Source: a virus (taxonomy: Duplodnaviria; Caudoviricetes). Taken from it: a stretch of DNA of 34,646 nt. The notes beneath the pieces are model-generated. The model was not told where the DNA came from. It worked only from the letters and a program-made list of their open reading frames with translations, and did not search any database. Numbering within the stretch: the stretch's first letter is position 1; the number at the start of each line of letters is the position of its first letter. Both the position numbers and the translations under genes were made by a program. The DNA is taken from positions 1 to 34,646 of IMG/VR virus record IMGVR_UViG_3300033149_004647; one strand, given 5' to 3'. Below are positions 1 to 8,977 of this stretch, in pieces.

Positions 1-404
1 TTTCAAAACTTCTCATATATATTTGGGGCGCATATTTTTTAATTTCTGATCTTACTGCTTTTGGATTTCGGAGATAAGTAAGCAATCCTTTTATGACTGG
101 CATTTCTCCTGCTTTTTTTATTTGTCCTGGGTTTTTCTTTAAATAATTATCAAATGCTCCTTTCCAGATTGAACTAACTGTAATTTTATCCGCAGTTGTT
201 GCTAACCACATTAAAACCTCTCTTGATGAAAGCTTCCCCATTAATCTTTTCTTTAAGTCCTTGATTAACTTTGCTTCTGCTATTTCTCTTTCAAAACTTC
301 TCATATATATTTGGGGCGCATATTTTTTAATTTCTGATCTTACTGCTTTTGGATTTCGGAGATAAGTAAGCAATCCTTTTATGACTGGCATTTCTCCTGC
401 TTTT
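1..404. repeat. Exact direct repeat, 1-116 = 289-404 (offset 288 nt, in frame)
   Basis: Identical tttcaaaacttctc...catttctcctgctttt in both places; encodes KAGEMPVIKGLLTYLRNPKAVRSEIKKYAPQIYMRSFE twice. Confidence 0.95.
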
Positions 405-3400
405 AAGTTTAGTCCCAAAACTGCTGATGTTGCATTTACTCTTAAGCTCCTCATAAACGCATCGCCACTGCTTAATGCTCTAAATGGATTTGTTTCAGCA
501 ACTTGCTTTAACCAAGTATCTAATACTTTATACCCTTCTCTTCCTATTCTTGATTGCAATGCTCCTCTAAGTTCTGGCTGTTTTAAAATTAGCTGCAAAT
601 CTCTTATTACTGGTGCAAATGCCTTATAATGTTCTACTGCCTCCAGATGATTTAAGAATATTGAAAGGGCATCCAAATCTACTGGTTGCATTGCCCTATG
701 GCTTCTTTCTCTTAAAAAGCTTTTTGTAATTCTGGAAGACGCCCATTTTGCCACAAATCTTCGCGCTTCTTCTTTTGTTATTTCTTGCTCGAAGTTTATT
801 ACTGGATCAGCTTTCCATTGAAGTTTAATTGGAAAATAGTTCTTAACTACTCCTAAACTTTTCCCTTCTATCAAAGTTCTTATTTTGCTTATTGCTGGGG
901 CTTCTTTTTGGAAATAATCTTTTAAGAAATCAGCTATCTTTTTTTCTTCAGGCGTCAAGCTATCAATCACCCTTTTAATAAGATCATCGTCAAATTTATT
1001 TCCGTATTGTAAATGAAGTAAATTGTCCTCATTTAAAGTAGAAAGATAAACTCCTATTTTTTCCGTTGGTGTTAAAATTACATCAGGGGCAAATTGCTGT
1101 TTTTCGCTCAGTATTCTGCTTAAATTAATTTTGTTTTTCTTGATTAAATTCCTGAAATCATCCAAAGTATTCATTATCCCCTTTATCTTGGCATCTGTCG
1201 CTTCTTCTATTGGATTCCAAAATATTGTTTGCATTTTCCCTCCTTCGATATAATCATCCAACTTAAGAAGGATTCTTTCTACTCTGTCGGTACGATTAAT
1301 AAATCCTTTTATTTGCTTTTCTTTTTTCTGTCTCCACCCTTCCATCATTGCTTCTGCCGTAATCACTGGCGGTTCTCTAGGTGGAGCACCTTTTAATAAA
1401 TAATTTACTAATTCTTTAGTTAGATTATTTATGTTTCTCTTTGCTTGAACCTTTATCAATGTATTTTTTAATCTTCCTAAATGAACCAATCTTGAAACTT
1501 CATCATACAGCATTTCTAATTGTTCTGGAGTCATATCATTTAATGGTATTTTTTCAGCGGCTTCTATTAATTCTTCTGGTACTTCTATTGGTAATCCTTC
1601 GGCTCTTAACATTTCTACATAATTTTTAAGAGCTCCCCTTTTTGCTAATGTCTTTTTTGTTCTAAATTTTAAATCAAAATTTTTAAGAATGTCGCTAATT
1701 TGAATTTTGTATTCAAGAGGAAGGTTTTTTATTTTTATTTTTCTAATTTTCGCTGCTATCTCTCTTGCCTTTGTTTTTCGAATTTCATCGGCAGTTAATT
1801 CCGACAATGGCTTTCTTTTTATTTCTTCCGCTCTTTTTATTTTTGCCATTCTTTTTTCTTCCATTTCAGCCTTAATCTTCTCTCTTTCCAAATAAGTTTT
1901 GGGTGATAGTTTTGCTTTGGGATATCCCTTTATTACGAAATTATCCCCTGGAATAATAAGCTCTCCTCTTACATATCTTCTACCCTTAACTGCTGGTGGA
2001 AGTTTAAGTAATTCTTCTAGGGTTGTTGGTTTTGGCGGTCTGGTTGTCTTTTCTACTTCTTTTACTGTTTTAATGAATTTCCTTTCTTTAGTAGCCTGAT
2101 TATAGAAATCAATAAGTTGTTTTTCTGTTCTCATTCCTGCTTTGTATGCTTCTGTTACTTCAAATAACTTTCCCTCTTGGTCTTCGATAAAAACTCTAAA
2201 AGGGATGTCTTCTTTTGTGCTTCCCACTCTTATTCCTCTTAAATCAATATACGGTTCAACAATATTTTCCGATTCTGTTGCAAATATAACTCTTGGTTCT
2301 TTCTTTTCTAATTGCCTTACAACATTTCCTTGAGAAAATATATCATCTCCCTTTTTAATAAACCCAGATTTTAATACTTTATCTGTTTTTCTGCTTACAT
2401 GAAACCATAATTTTTCCTTTTCTTGTTTCGTTAAAGGTTCAATTTTAGTTTTAGTTTTTGTTTTTTTGAATTCTTCTACTGCTACGGGTGGCCTTTTAAC
2501 CCCTTTGACGGCTTGGGCTAATTTGAAAATATGTGTATCTTTCCCTTGTTTTAAAATCAGAGCATCATAACCCGCTTCTTTTAATCCCTTTGAAATTATT
2601 TTATCCATCATTGTGTCATAAGCATTTTTACTCTTAGCGATTCTTCTTGCTTCATCCTCTGTTAATCCAAATTTCTTGCCAATGCTTTCTATTGCATCTT
2701 CTCTTGCCCATGTCATTTCTTTTGGTGTCCCTGTTATTTCTAACACTCCTCCTTCTCCAAATATTTTTTCGTACAATTCATCAGCAAGTTTTCTGTATTT
2801 TTTCGGAATAAATTCTTCATATCCTTCATTTATTACTGCAAACGAGCCATCTTCTAAGTTCGCATCCTCTATTACCAAAGGATTCTTAATTTTAATTTTT
2901 GTTTTTAATATATTCTTTCCCCCAACACCTCTTTCTTTACTAAAATCGTATAAACTACTTTCGGGAGTAGTATACCAAGTTCCTCCTCTTAACTTATCAG
3001 TATTTTTGCTTTCGGGAATACTATAATTCCTTTTTACTTCTAATTCTTTAGGAATTTCCTCTATTTTGGCTTCTATTTTTGGTTTGGCTTCCTTTATTTC
3101 TTTGACTGCTGGTTCAATTTTTATTACTTTCGGATTATAAATAACCAATTCATTCCCTCCTGTTTTATCTAACCAATTCTCAAAATTACCATATTCTTCT
3201 TTTGCCTTTTTATCAAATTTATTTTTTATTTGTAATCCATCATATCCTTGTTTTAACCAATAATCTCTAAAATCTTTTGCTTCCTGAATAACAGAATAAA
3301 ATTTACCCTTTTCTAAGGCTTTCTTTTGTCCTTCTAAACTAATTTTATTTCTAATTGTAACCGCCTCGTCATAAGAAAGAGTTTTAATTTTAGCCTCTGG

Positions 3401-5986
3401 GGATATATAAACTTTTAATACTTCTGCTTCTTTAGGTTTTTTATACTTTGCCCAAAATTTTGCTTCTTTCAGATTAGGAGTTAAATAAATTCCATATCCC
3501 ATATGAAGTCCCCCTAGTTCTTTTTCATTTAATTTTCTCAGTTTTAAACCCTCTTTTTTTATTATCTCTGCTGTTCTTTTATCTGTTCCGTGATAAACAA
3601 CTTTCGGAACTCCCTCTATTTTGGCTTCTTTTACTCCTTTAACTGGTATTTCTGTCTTTTTTACAATTTTAGGATTAAAATGAACTTCAAAAGAGAATCT
3701 AAAATCGGGATTATCTGGCTCTAAATAAGAGGTAATAGCATTTTCAAATTTAATTCCATCATAACCCTTTCTTTTAAGATTTTTTGTAATTTCTTCACCT
3801 ATTTCATTTATTGCTTCTTCTTTTGCCCACCATTTTTTACCATATTTCTTTCTTATTTCTTTAACTATTTTTTTATTAAGTTTTATCCATTCAGAGTCTG
3901 TTTTTTTAATAGGACTCTCTACTGGGAAATCTCCATCAAAAATTGGCAAGTAATCATTTTTGACCACATAAGGATTTTTAAGGGATTTGTAATATACTTT
4001 GTATATTTTTTCACCATAACCTTCTACAAAATCCTTATCTTTTGTTACATACAATCCTTTTCCCTCAGTGGGCAATCCACCTCCTTTAACTTCTCCTCTA
4101 TATCCCCATTCTAATTCTTTAGGAATTCCTTCTATTTTGGCTTCTGGTTTCCTTTCTTTGTAAAACATTCTGTATTTATCTTTTAATTCTTTAGGCAATC
4201 CTTTTATCTTACTGGCAGGTGTCCATTGGTCAGGTATTTTGTCGGCAATATTTTTTGGAACTTTAATATCGACTAATCTTCCACCCTCCTTCGCTGTTTG
4301 TCTGGCGGTTACTTCTACCAATTCTTCTGTTGGTTTCATCATCTCGGTCATCCTCTTAGCTGGTGTTATCTCGGTTATCACTGGTTTAATTCCCTTTAGG
4401 TTTGCCATTACATGTTTATAACCATCTAAGTCATAATTTTTACTTTTAAACATTGCATAAAGTTTCTTATATTGTTTTGAGCTCATTCTTTGCCCTTTAT
4501 ATTTTTTCATTAAAGGAGCTAATTTCTTTTTACCTCCTGATAATCTATCGATGACCCATGATATTACTCCTTTGTTTGTAGTTAGGTCTTTGCCAAATTT
4601 GTTTGTCTCGCCATAGCTATTTCTAATTGTTCGCCAGAGCATTTGTCCATGCTTCCATGTAGGCTTGCCCATCTTTGGCATATATTTGGCAGGTAATTCG
4701 TATTTAACTATTTTTTCAGTTTTTTTGGGTTTTGGTATTCCTTTACCAATATCCTTAATACTTAATCCCATCGGCATCTCTCTTATTATTGCCAAAGCCA
4801 CGCCCCTGCCTTTTGGAGAACGAAGGTAATTATAATAGTCCTTTATTTCTGTAAAAATATCGCGTTGAACCTGGCGAGGAGTTTTAGTAAGAATTTGATA
4901 AGCTTCATTGATTATTTTAAACTTTGCTTCGCTTCCCCCTGGTCTATCAGGATGATATTTGCGAGCTAATTTATAAAAAGATTTTTTTACTTCATCTGGG
5001 GTAGCAGTTGGTTTTAGCCCTAACTTCTTTGCCGCTTGCTCTCTCAGCATCTGCTGGGGGCTCTTGGGTAACTCTAATATTTTGAAAAGCGAGAAAATGG
5101 CAGTCATATTCAGAGCATCTTTAAATGCCTCCTTATTTTCTTTTCCTTCTAATTTAGAGGAGGCATACTGAGAACCAAAAACTGTCGGCAACCATGCATA
5201 AATTCTTTTGGGGGCAATCCCTCCAGCAACCCCCCATCCTACCCAGCTTGGCAAACCAGAAGTAAATATCTTTTTTCGTTCTTCTAATGTGGATTCTAAC
5301 GGTGCTTGAAGTTGATCTAATGTCAATCCCGCTCCTGTTATTTGGATTGCTTGGGCTATTTTGGGTGCTTGCCTAATCACTGTCTGTCCTATCTTACTTG
5401 TTTTCATCAGCTTTCCATATGCTCCAGCTATTGTGCCAAAAGCCGACATCCATCCTGCTATTTTTCCGACAACTGGAGTAATTTTCCCTTTTGGCTTTTT
5501 AAATTTTTCAGGCAATACAGGTTCTATTAGTTTTTTGTAAAGTGGTCTTCCTAAAAATCCTTTTACTGCTGGCATGGCAAATTCCCTTGGCACTTTCTTT
5601 GTCAGCCATTCTGCCATTGGTTTACCTACTTTTTCCTCAATTTCCTTTCCCATCGCTTTCTGAACCTTAAAAATATCTTCCAGTTTACTGCCTGGCTGAG
5701 CGAATCTTAATTCTTCTTTTGGTTTGAACGGCTCAATTAATGGTTTAAATGGTTCAGCGAAGGGTTTAAATAATTCCTTCATTGTCACTGGCTTTGTTTT
5801 TGATAATGGCGAAGATTCACGAGGTTTCATTGTTATCGGTTTTCTTGCATCTTCAATATTAAAAACCCTCTCAAATCCTCCTCTGATTTCAGTGACAACT
5901 TCGCCTGGAAGCCTTTTAAACCATTCGCCAACGCTTTTGACAGCTGAAACCGCTGGCTTTTTGAATTTTTTCCAAAAAGAAGTCAT
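1..5986 (-). CDS. Giant putative internal-virion/ejection polyvalent protein (>=1995 aa, 3'-truncated by window edge): J-domain, tandem ADP-ribosyltransferase-like domains, helical C-terminal region
   Basis: ATG at 5986 (MTSFWKKFKKPAVSAV...), open in frame to the window start, so it is absent from the ORF track. It contains LGLKPTATPDEVKKSFYKLARKYHPDRPGGSEAKFKIINEAYQIL (J-domain, HPD at 4946-4954) and YHGT..GYGIYLT..GYDGL..NELVIYNP (ART-like). It follows the tail genes, where podoviruses encode ejection proteins. Confidence 0.85.
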   Translation of the reverse strand, partial: MTSFWKKFKKPAVSAVKSVGEWFKRLPGEVVTEIRGGFERVFNIEDARKPITMKPRESSPLSKTKPVTMKELFKPFAEPFKPLIEPFKPKEELRFAQPGSKLEDIFKVQKAMGKEIEEKVGKPMAEWLTKKVPREFAMPAVKGFLGRPLYKKLIEPVLPEKFKKPKGKITPVVGKIAGWMSAFGTIAGAYGKLMKTSKIGQTVIRQAPKIAQAIQITGAGLTLDQLQAPLESTLEERKKIFTSGLPSWVGWGVAGGIAPKRIYAWLPTVFGSQYASSKLEGKENKEAFKDALNMTAIFSLFKILELPKSPQQMLREQAAKKLGLKPTATPDEVKKSFYKLARKYHPDRPGGSEAKFKIINEAYQILTKTPRQVQRDIFTEIKDYYNYLRSPKGRGVALAIIREMPMGLSIKDIGKGIPKPKKTEKIVKYELPAKYMPKMGKPTWKHGQMLWRTIRNSYGETNKFGKDLTTNKGVISWVIDRLSGGKKKLAPLMKKYKGQRMSSKQYKKLYAMFKSKNYDLDGYKHVMANLKGIKPVITEITPAKRMTEMMKPTEELVEVTARQTAKEGGRLVDIKVPKNIADKIPDQWTPASKIKGLPKELKDKYRMFYKERKPEAKIEGIPKELEWGYRGEVKGGGLPTEGKGLYVTKDKDFVEGYGEKIYKVYYKSLKNPYVVKNDYLPIFDGDFPVESPIKKTDSEWIKLNKKIVKEIRKKYGKKWWAKEEAINEIGEEITKNLKRKGYDGIKFENAITSYLEPDNPDFRFSFEVHFNPKIVKKTEIPVKGVKEAKIEGVPKVVYHGTDKRTAEIIKKEGLKLRKLNEKELGGLHMGYGIYLTPNLKEAKFWAKYKKPKEAEVLKVYISPEAKIKTLSYDEAVTIRNKISLEGQKKALEKGKFYSVIQEAKDFRDYWLKQGYDGLQIKNKFDKKAKEEYGNFENWLDKTGGNELVIYNPKVIKIEPAVKEIKEAKPKIEAKIEEIPKELEVKRNYSIPESKNTDKLRGGTWYTTPESSLYDFSKERGVGGKNILKTKIKIKNPLVIEDANLEDGSFAVINEGYEEFIPKKYRKLADELYEKIFGEGGVLEITGTPKEMTWAREDAIESIGKKFGLTEDEARRIAKSKNAYDTMMDKIISKGLKEAGYDALILKQGKDTHIFKLAQAVKGVKRPPVAVEEFKKTKTKTKIEPLTKQEKEKLWFHVSRKTDKVLKSGFIKKGDDIFSQGNVVRQLEKKEPRVIFATESENIVEPYIDLRGIRVGSTKEDIPFRVFIEDQEGKLFEVTEAYKAGMRTEKQLIDFYNQATKERKFIKTVKEVEKTTRPPKPTTLEELLKLPPAVKGRRYVRGELIIPGDNFVIKGYPKAKLSPKTYLEREKIKAEMEEKRMAKIKRAEEIKRKPLSELTADEIRKTKAREIAAKIRKIKIKNLPLEYKIQISDILKNFDLKFRTKKTLAKRGALKNYVEMLRAEGLPIEVPEELIEAAEKIPLNDMTPEQLEMLYDEVSRLVHLGRLKNTLIKVQAKRNINNLTKELVNYLLKGAPPREPPVITAEAMMEGWRQKKEKQIKGFINRTDRVERILLKLDDYIEGGKMQTIFWNPIEEATDAKIKGIMNTLDDFRNLIKKNKINLSRILSEKQQFAPDVILTPTEKIGVYLSTLNEDNLLHLQYGNKFDDDLIKRVIDSLTPEEKKIADFLKDYFQKEAPAISKIRTLIEGKSLGVVKNYFPIKLQWKADPVINFEQEITKEEARRFVAKWASSRITKSFLRERSHRAMQPVDLDALSIFLNHLEAVEHYKAFAPVIRDLQLILKQPELRGALQSRIGREGYKVLDTWLKQVAETNPFRALSSGDAFMRSLRVNATSAVLGLNLKAGEMPVIKGLLTYLRNPKAVRSEIKKYAPQIYMRSFEREIAEAKLIKDLKKRLMGKLSSREVLMWLATTADKITVSSIWKGAFDNYLKKNPGQIKKAGEMPVIKGLLTYLRNPKAVRSEIKKYAPQIYMRSFE
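3038..4145 (-). repeat. Three intragenic linker repeats (3038-3074, 3602-3629, 4109-4145) encoding EAKIE(G/E)(I/V)PK(ELE)
   Basis: 3038-3074 and 4109-4145 are 37-nt copies differing at 2 positions; 3602-3629 shares tctattttggcttct. They mark ART-like module boundaries. Confidence 0.85.
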
Positions 5987-6012
5987 TTTGTTTTAGATTA
6001 GAATGGTTTTAT

Positions 6013-7212
6013 TTAGAACTTTCTTCCCCAGGGCCATGTCCAAAATGTCGGCCGATTCGCTCTTAACCATTCATCTGAAATTTCGGTATAAACAATATTT
6101 CTAATCTCATCAGGGGTTAAATTTCTAAATGCTTCAATCTCATTTCTTATAAACTCTTCTCGTGTGCCTGCTCCTACATCTCCTGTTTTAGCCCATTTAT
6201 CTTTATATGCCTGAATATCTGCTCTTAATAATTCCCTTTCTCTATCTGCAGCCCTTTCTTGGGTGGGAGTATACTCTCTTTCTTCTTTTCTCAACCACTC
6301 TTCAAAAGTCCCTGGCTTTCCTGCCAACACCCATTCTTGATAAGAAGTAGGAGGCTTGTATTCTGTTGGTTTTTCTGGCACTGGCGGAATTATCAAAACA
6401 AAATCGCCTTTGCCTTCATCCCACATATAATAACCAGTGCCAGCCGACCCTATTACTTCTGGTGCTTCTGCCTCTTCTCTTAATGCTTCCGCCAATTCTT
6501 TCTGGTAATCTATTGCATATCCTACTTTTTTTTCTACTTCTGCGATGCCTGTATTGTATTGAGAGGCTAAGCTATTTCTTTGGTCTATTAATCGGTTAAT
6601 ATCTGCTGTGGCTGCTTCTATCTCTAATTCTTTTCTGCCCGTAATCATCCATTGGGGAATGGGTTTTCCCATCTCGTCAAGTAATAATTTATCTCTTTGC
6701 TCTTTTCTTGCTGTTATTTCGGCATCAATTTTAGCAATCTTATTTTTAATGTCTTCTAGTCCAGATTTTTTATACTCGGTCTCCCATAATTTTGAGAAAT
6801 CGGTTATTCCAAACGTAGGAAATTCTTCTGTGCTACCTTTTATTTCTGCTTCAGTTAAACCGCCCCCCAATTGACTTCTTAACTCTTTTACTCTTTTGCT
6901 AATCGCTCCCACCTGTTCTCCAATTTCGCCCAATCTCTTTTTTTTGTAAGCAGGCCCTCTCCAGCTCGGCAAAACTTCAGTGGTCGGCAATCCCATTGCT
7001 GAAGCTTTTTGTCTGGCTTCTGTCTGGGAGTAAGCTTGAATTGCTACAGGCGTTCCTGTCTTATAGTTCGGATAATGATACGTCCAAAGCTTCTTTGGTT
7101 TGGTTTCTATTTTTTTTACTTTTTGCTTTTTTTCCAAAAGATCAGCCAGAGATCCTGATTGCGGTGCATAAAGTCCCTGCTCTCTGAGATATTCTGCGAA
7201 TTGTTTTGCCAT
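6013..7212 (-). CDS. Putative internal virion/ejection protein with coiled coil
   Basis: 399-aa ORF, helical and coiled-coil, between the tail fibre and the giant protein; function inferred from position. Confidence 0.55.
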   Translation of the reverse strand: MAKQFAEYLREQGLYAPQSGSLADLLEKKQKVKKIETKPKKLWTYHYPNYKTGTPVAIQAYSQTEARQKASAMGLPTTEVLPSWRGPAYKKKRLGEIGEQVGAISKRVKELRSQLGGGLTEAEIKGSTEEFPTFGITDFSKLWETEYKKSGLEDIKNKIAKIDAEITARKEQRDKLLLDEMGKPIPQWMITGRKELEIEAATADINRLIDQRNSLASQYNTGIAEVEKKVGYAIDYQKELAEALREEAEAPEVIGSAGTGYYMWDEGKGDFVLIIPPVPEKPTEYKPPTSYQEWVLAGKPGTFEEWLRKEEREYTPTQERAADRERELLRADIQAYKDKWAKTGDVGAGTREEFIRNEIEAFRNLTPDEIRNIVYTEISDEWLRANRPTFWTWPWGRKF

Positions 7213-7213
7213 G

Positions 7214-7432
7214 TTATTTTTGTTGTTTTTGTTTGGCTTTTTTAATTCGACCAGTCTTAAGGTCTATTTCGTAATTCTGGTTCATGTCCAATCCGTATTT
7301 TGGAAGAATATTTCTAATGTAAATGTTTTTTTGCATTTCTAAGGCTTGAGCAATCAAAATATGTTGATTGATCAACTCTGTCCGTTTTTTTATTTCTTCC
7401 AAATCTTCTGGTTTTAATTTTTTTCCAAACAC
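7214..7432 (-). CDS. Hypothetical small phage protein
   Basis: 72-aa ORF, GTG start, AAAGGTCG 26 nt upstream. Confidence 0.65.
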   Translation of the reverse strand: MFGKKLKPEDLEEIKKRTELINQHILIAQALEMQKNIYIRNILPKYGLDMNQNYEIDLKTGRIKKAKQKQQK

Positions 7433-7436
7433 GATT

Positions 7437-7583
7437 TTAATTTGTTAATTGTTTAATTCGACCTTTAATTTTTTCTTCTAATTTTTTAATTTCTTTACTA
7501 AAGAAAATTCCGCCGTATCCAAGCATAGCAAACAAACAAATATTCAAAAGTGTTGTGTAAATTATTCTTTTTAATTTTTTCAT
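7437..7583 (-). CDS. Small membrane protein (48 aa; not in ORF track)
   Basis: MKKLKRIIYTTLLNICLFAMLGYGGIFFSKEIKKLEEKIKGRIKQLTN; one hydrophobic segment; fills the gap between neighbouring genes. Confidence 0.55.
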   Translation of the reverse strand: MKKLKRIIYTTLLNICLFAMLGYGGIFFSKEIKKLEEKIKGRIKQLTN

Positions 7584-7587
7584 TTTT

Positions 7588-8976
7588 TTATTTTTTCTCT
7601 AAAATTTTTACCCTATTGTCTAATTCTTTAATTGCTCCTATCATAATTGAAATTAAAGCAGTTATTTCTGCTCCATCTTCACCAATCTTTTTTCCTTTAT
7701 TTTTCGGAGCTGGCCTATATACTGCTTTCGGCATTGTCGAATAATCAAATCTTGGCACTCCATAACCTGTTTTTAATCTGGGATGTTTTTTGATACTCTG
7801 AAGCGCTTCTACATCGGAAACCTTTTTACCATTTCGAAGTTCTACTCCTTTATCAAATACTCCCAAACACCCCCTATCTGTTAAATATTTATAATTGACC
7901 TCATTCCAATAGAGAGATGCTGATCCGAGATTTAAATTAGCTGACACACTATAAGGAAGCATATGCTTCCGCCATTCGATGTTTGCTGATAAAATATCCA
8001 TCACTATATCTCCTCCCCAATAAATTCTTCCATAAGAAGAATTAAATTTTAAATATTTAAGATTTGTAATATCTTTTGCATTCCAATTTTTATCTATGTT
8101 AATTGTTATCTCGCTAATGTATTGTGTTTTAGTGTGATGAGCCGAAGCATTTCCAGCATGAGCTGAAATATCTACTCCGTCTACCGTTCCTGTTACGCTT
8201 ATATTTCCACTAACGGAAATACCTGTATCAGAAGTTGTTAATTTAACAGATCCTCCTTTACACAAAGCAACTTCTCCTGCAGTTCCGCTCCGAATAAGAA
8301 TATTTGAGCCAGATTGCTGACCAGTTATCAAAAAATCTCCGCCGTTAGCATAGAGAATTACCTGTTCAGCATTAGAATCATAGAATTTAATCCATTCTGT
8401 TCCTCCTCCTATTATTACCCTCGCTCCCGAACTTTTGGTTTGAACCGTTCTTCCAGTTAATGTTCCAGCACTAATATCGTCTGCGTTCAATTGACCTCTA
8501 ATGTTAAGAACTGAACCATTCCAAGTAATATAATTCCCAGAATCCCCCTTGAACATAAATTTTCCGTCTGACTTGATATAAACTTTCCATTCCGAACCCG
8601 AATAATAACCAAGATATTGGTTCGTCATGTTGATTCCCACTTCTGGAGTTCCCGACAACAAACTTCCTTTAATTATCTTCTGGACAAAACCATCAGCGGT
8701 TAATCCAGTCTTGGCTCTTGAACTTGCATCTTGATCATCATATAAATTCACTGCTCCTTCTGGCAGGTCATCAGAAGTATGATTCGATAAATTCATTGCT
8801 CCATCTTCTATTCCTGCTAATTTCGTTCCTTCTGTTTCGTTAATATCCTTTAGCTCTTGAGGAATTTCTACTAAAAGTTTGTAGCTTAACGGTTCTGGAA
8901 AAGGAATATCTTCTATTTCTGAGTTGTAAAAGACCTTCGTTTTTCTTTCTTCGATTTTTGTTTTTGCTTTTGCCAT
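7588..8976 (-). CDS. Tail fibre/spike with C-terminal intramolecular chaperone (peptidase S74-like)
   Basis: Gly-rich beta repeats, VDGVDISAH and NLGSASLYWNEV segments, C-terminal IGAIKELDNRVKILE coiled coil; start moved to MAKAKTK (8976), adjoining the upstream stop. Confidence 0.7.
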   Translation of the reverse strand: MAKAKTKIEERKTKVFYNSEIEDIPFPEPLSYKLLVEIPQELKDINETEGTKLAGIEDGAMNLSNHTSDDLPEGAVNLYDDQDASSRAKTGLTADGFVQKIIKGSLLSGTPEVGINMTNQYLGYYSGSEWKVYIKSDGKFMFKGDSGNYITWNGSVLNIRGQLNADDISAGTLTGRTVQTKSSGARVIIGGGTEWIKFYDSNAEQVILYANGGDFLITGQQSGSNILIRSGTAGEVALCKGGSVKLTTSDTGISVSGNISVTGTVDGVDISAHAGNASAHHTKTQYISEITINIDKNWNAKDITNLKYLKFNSSYGRIYWGGDIVMDILSANIEWRKHMLPYSVSANLNLGSASLYWNEVNYKYLTDRGCLGVFDKGVELRNGKKVSDVEALQSIKKHPRLKTGYGVPRFDYSTMPKAVYRPAPKNKGKKIGEDGAEITALISIMIGAIKELDNRVKILEKK

Positions 8977-8977
8977 A

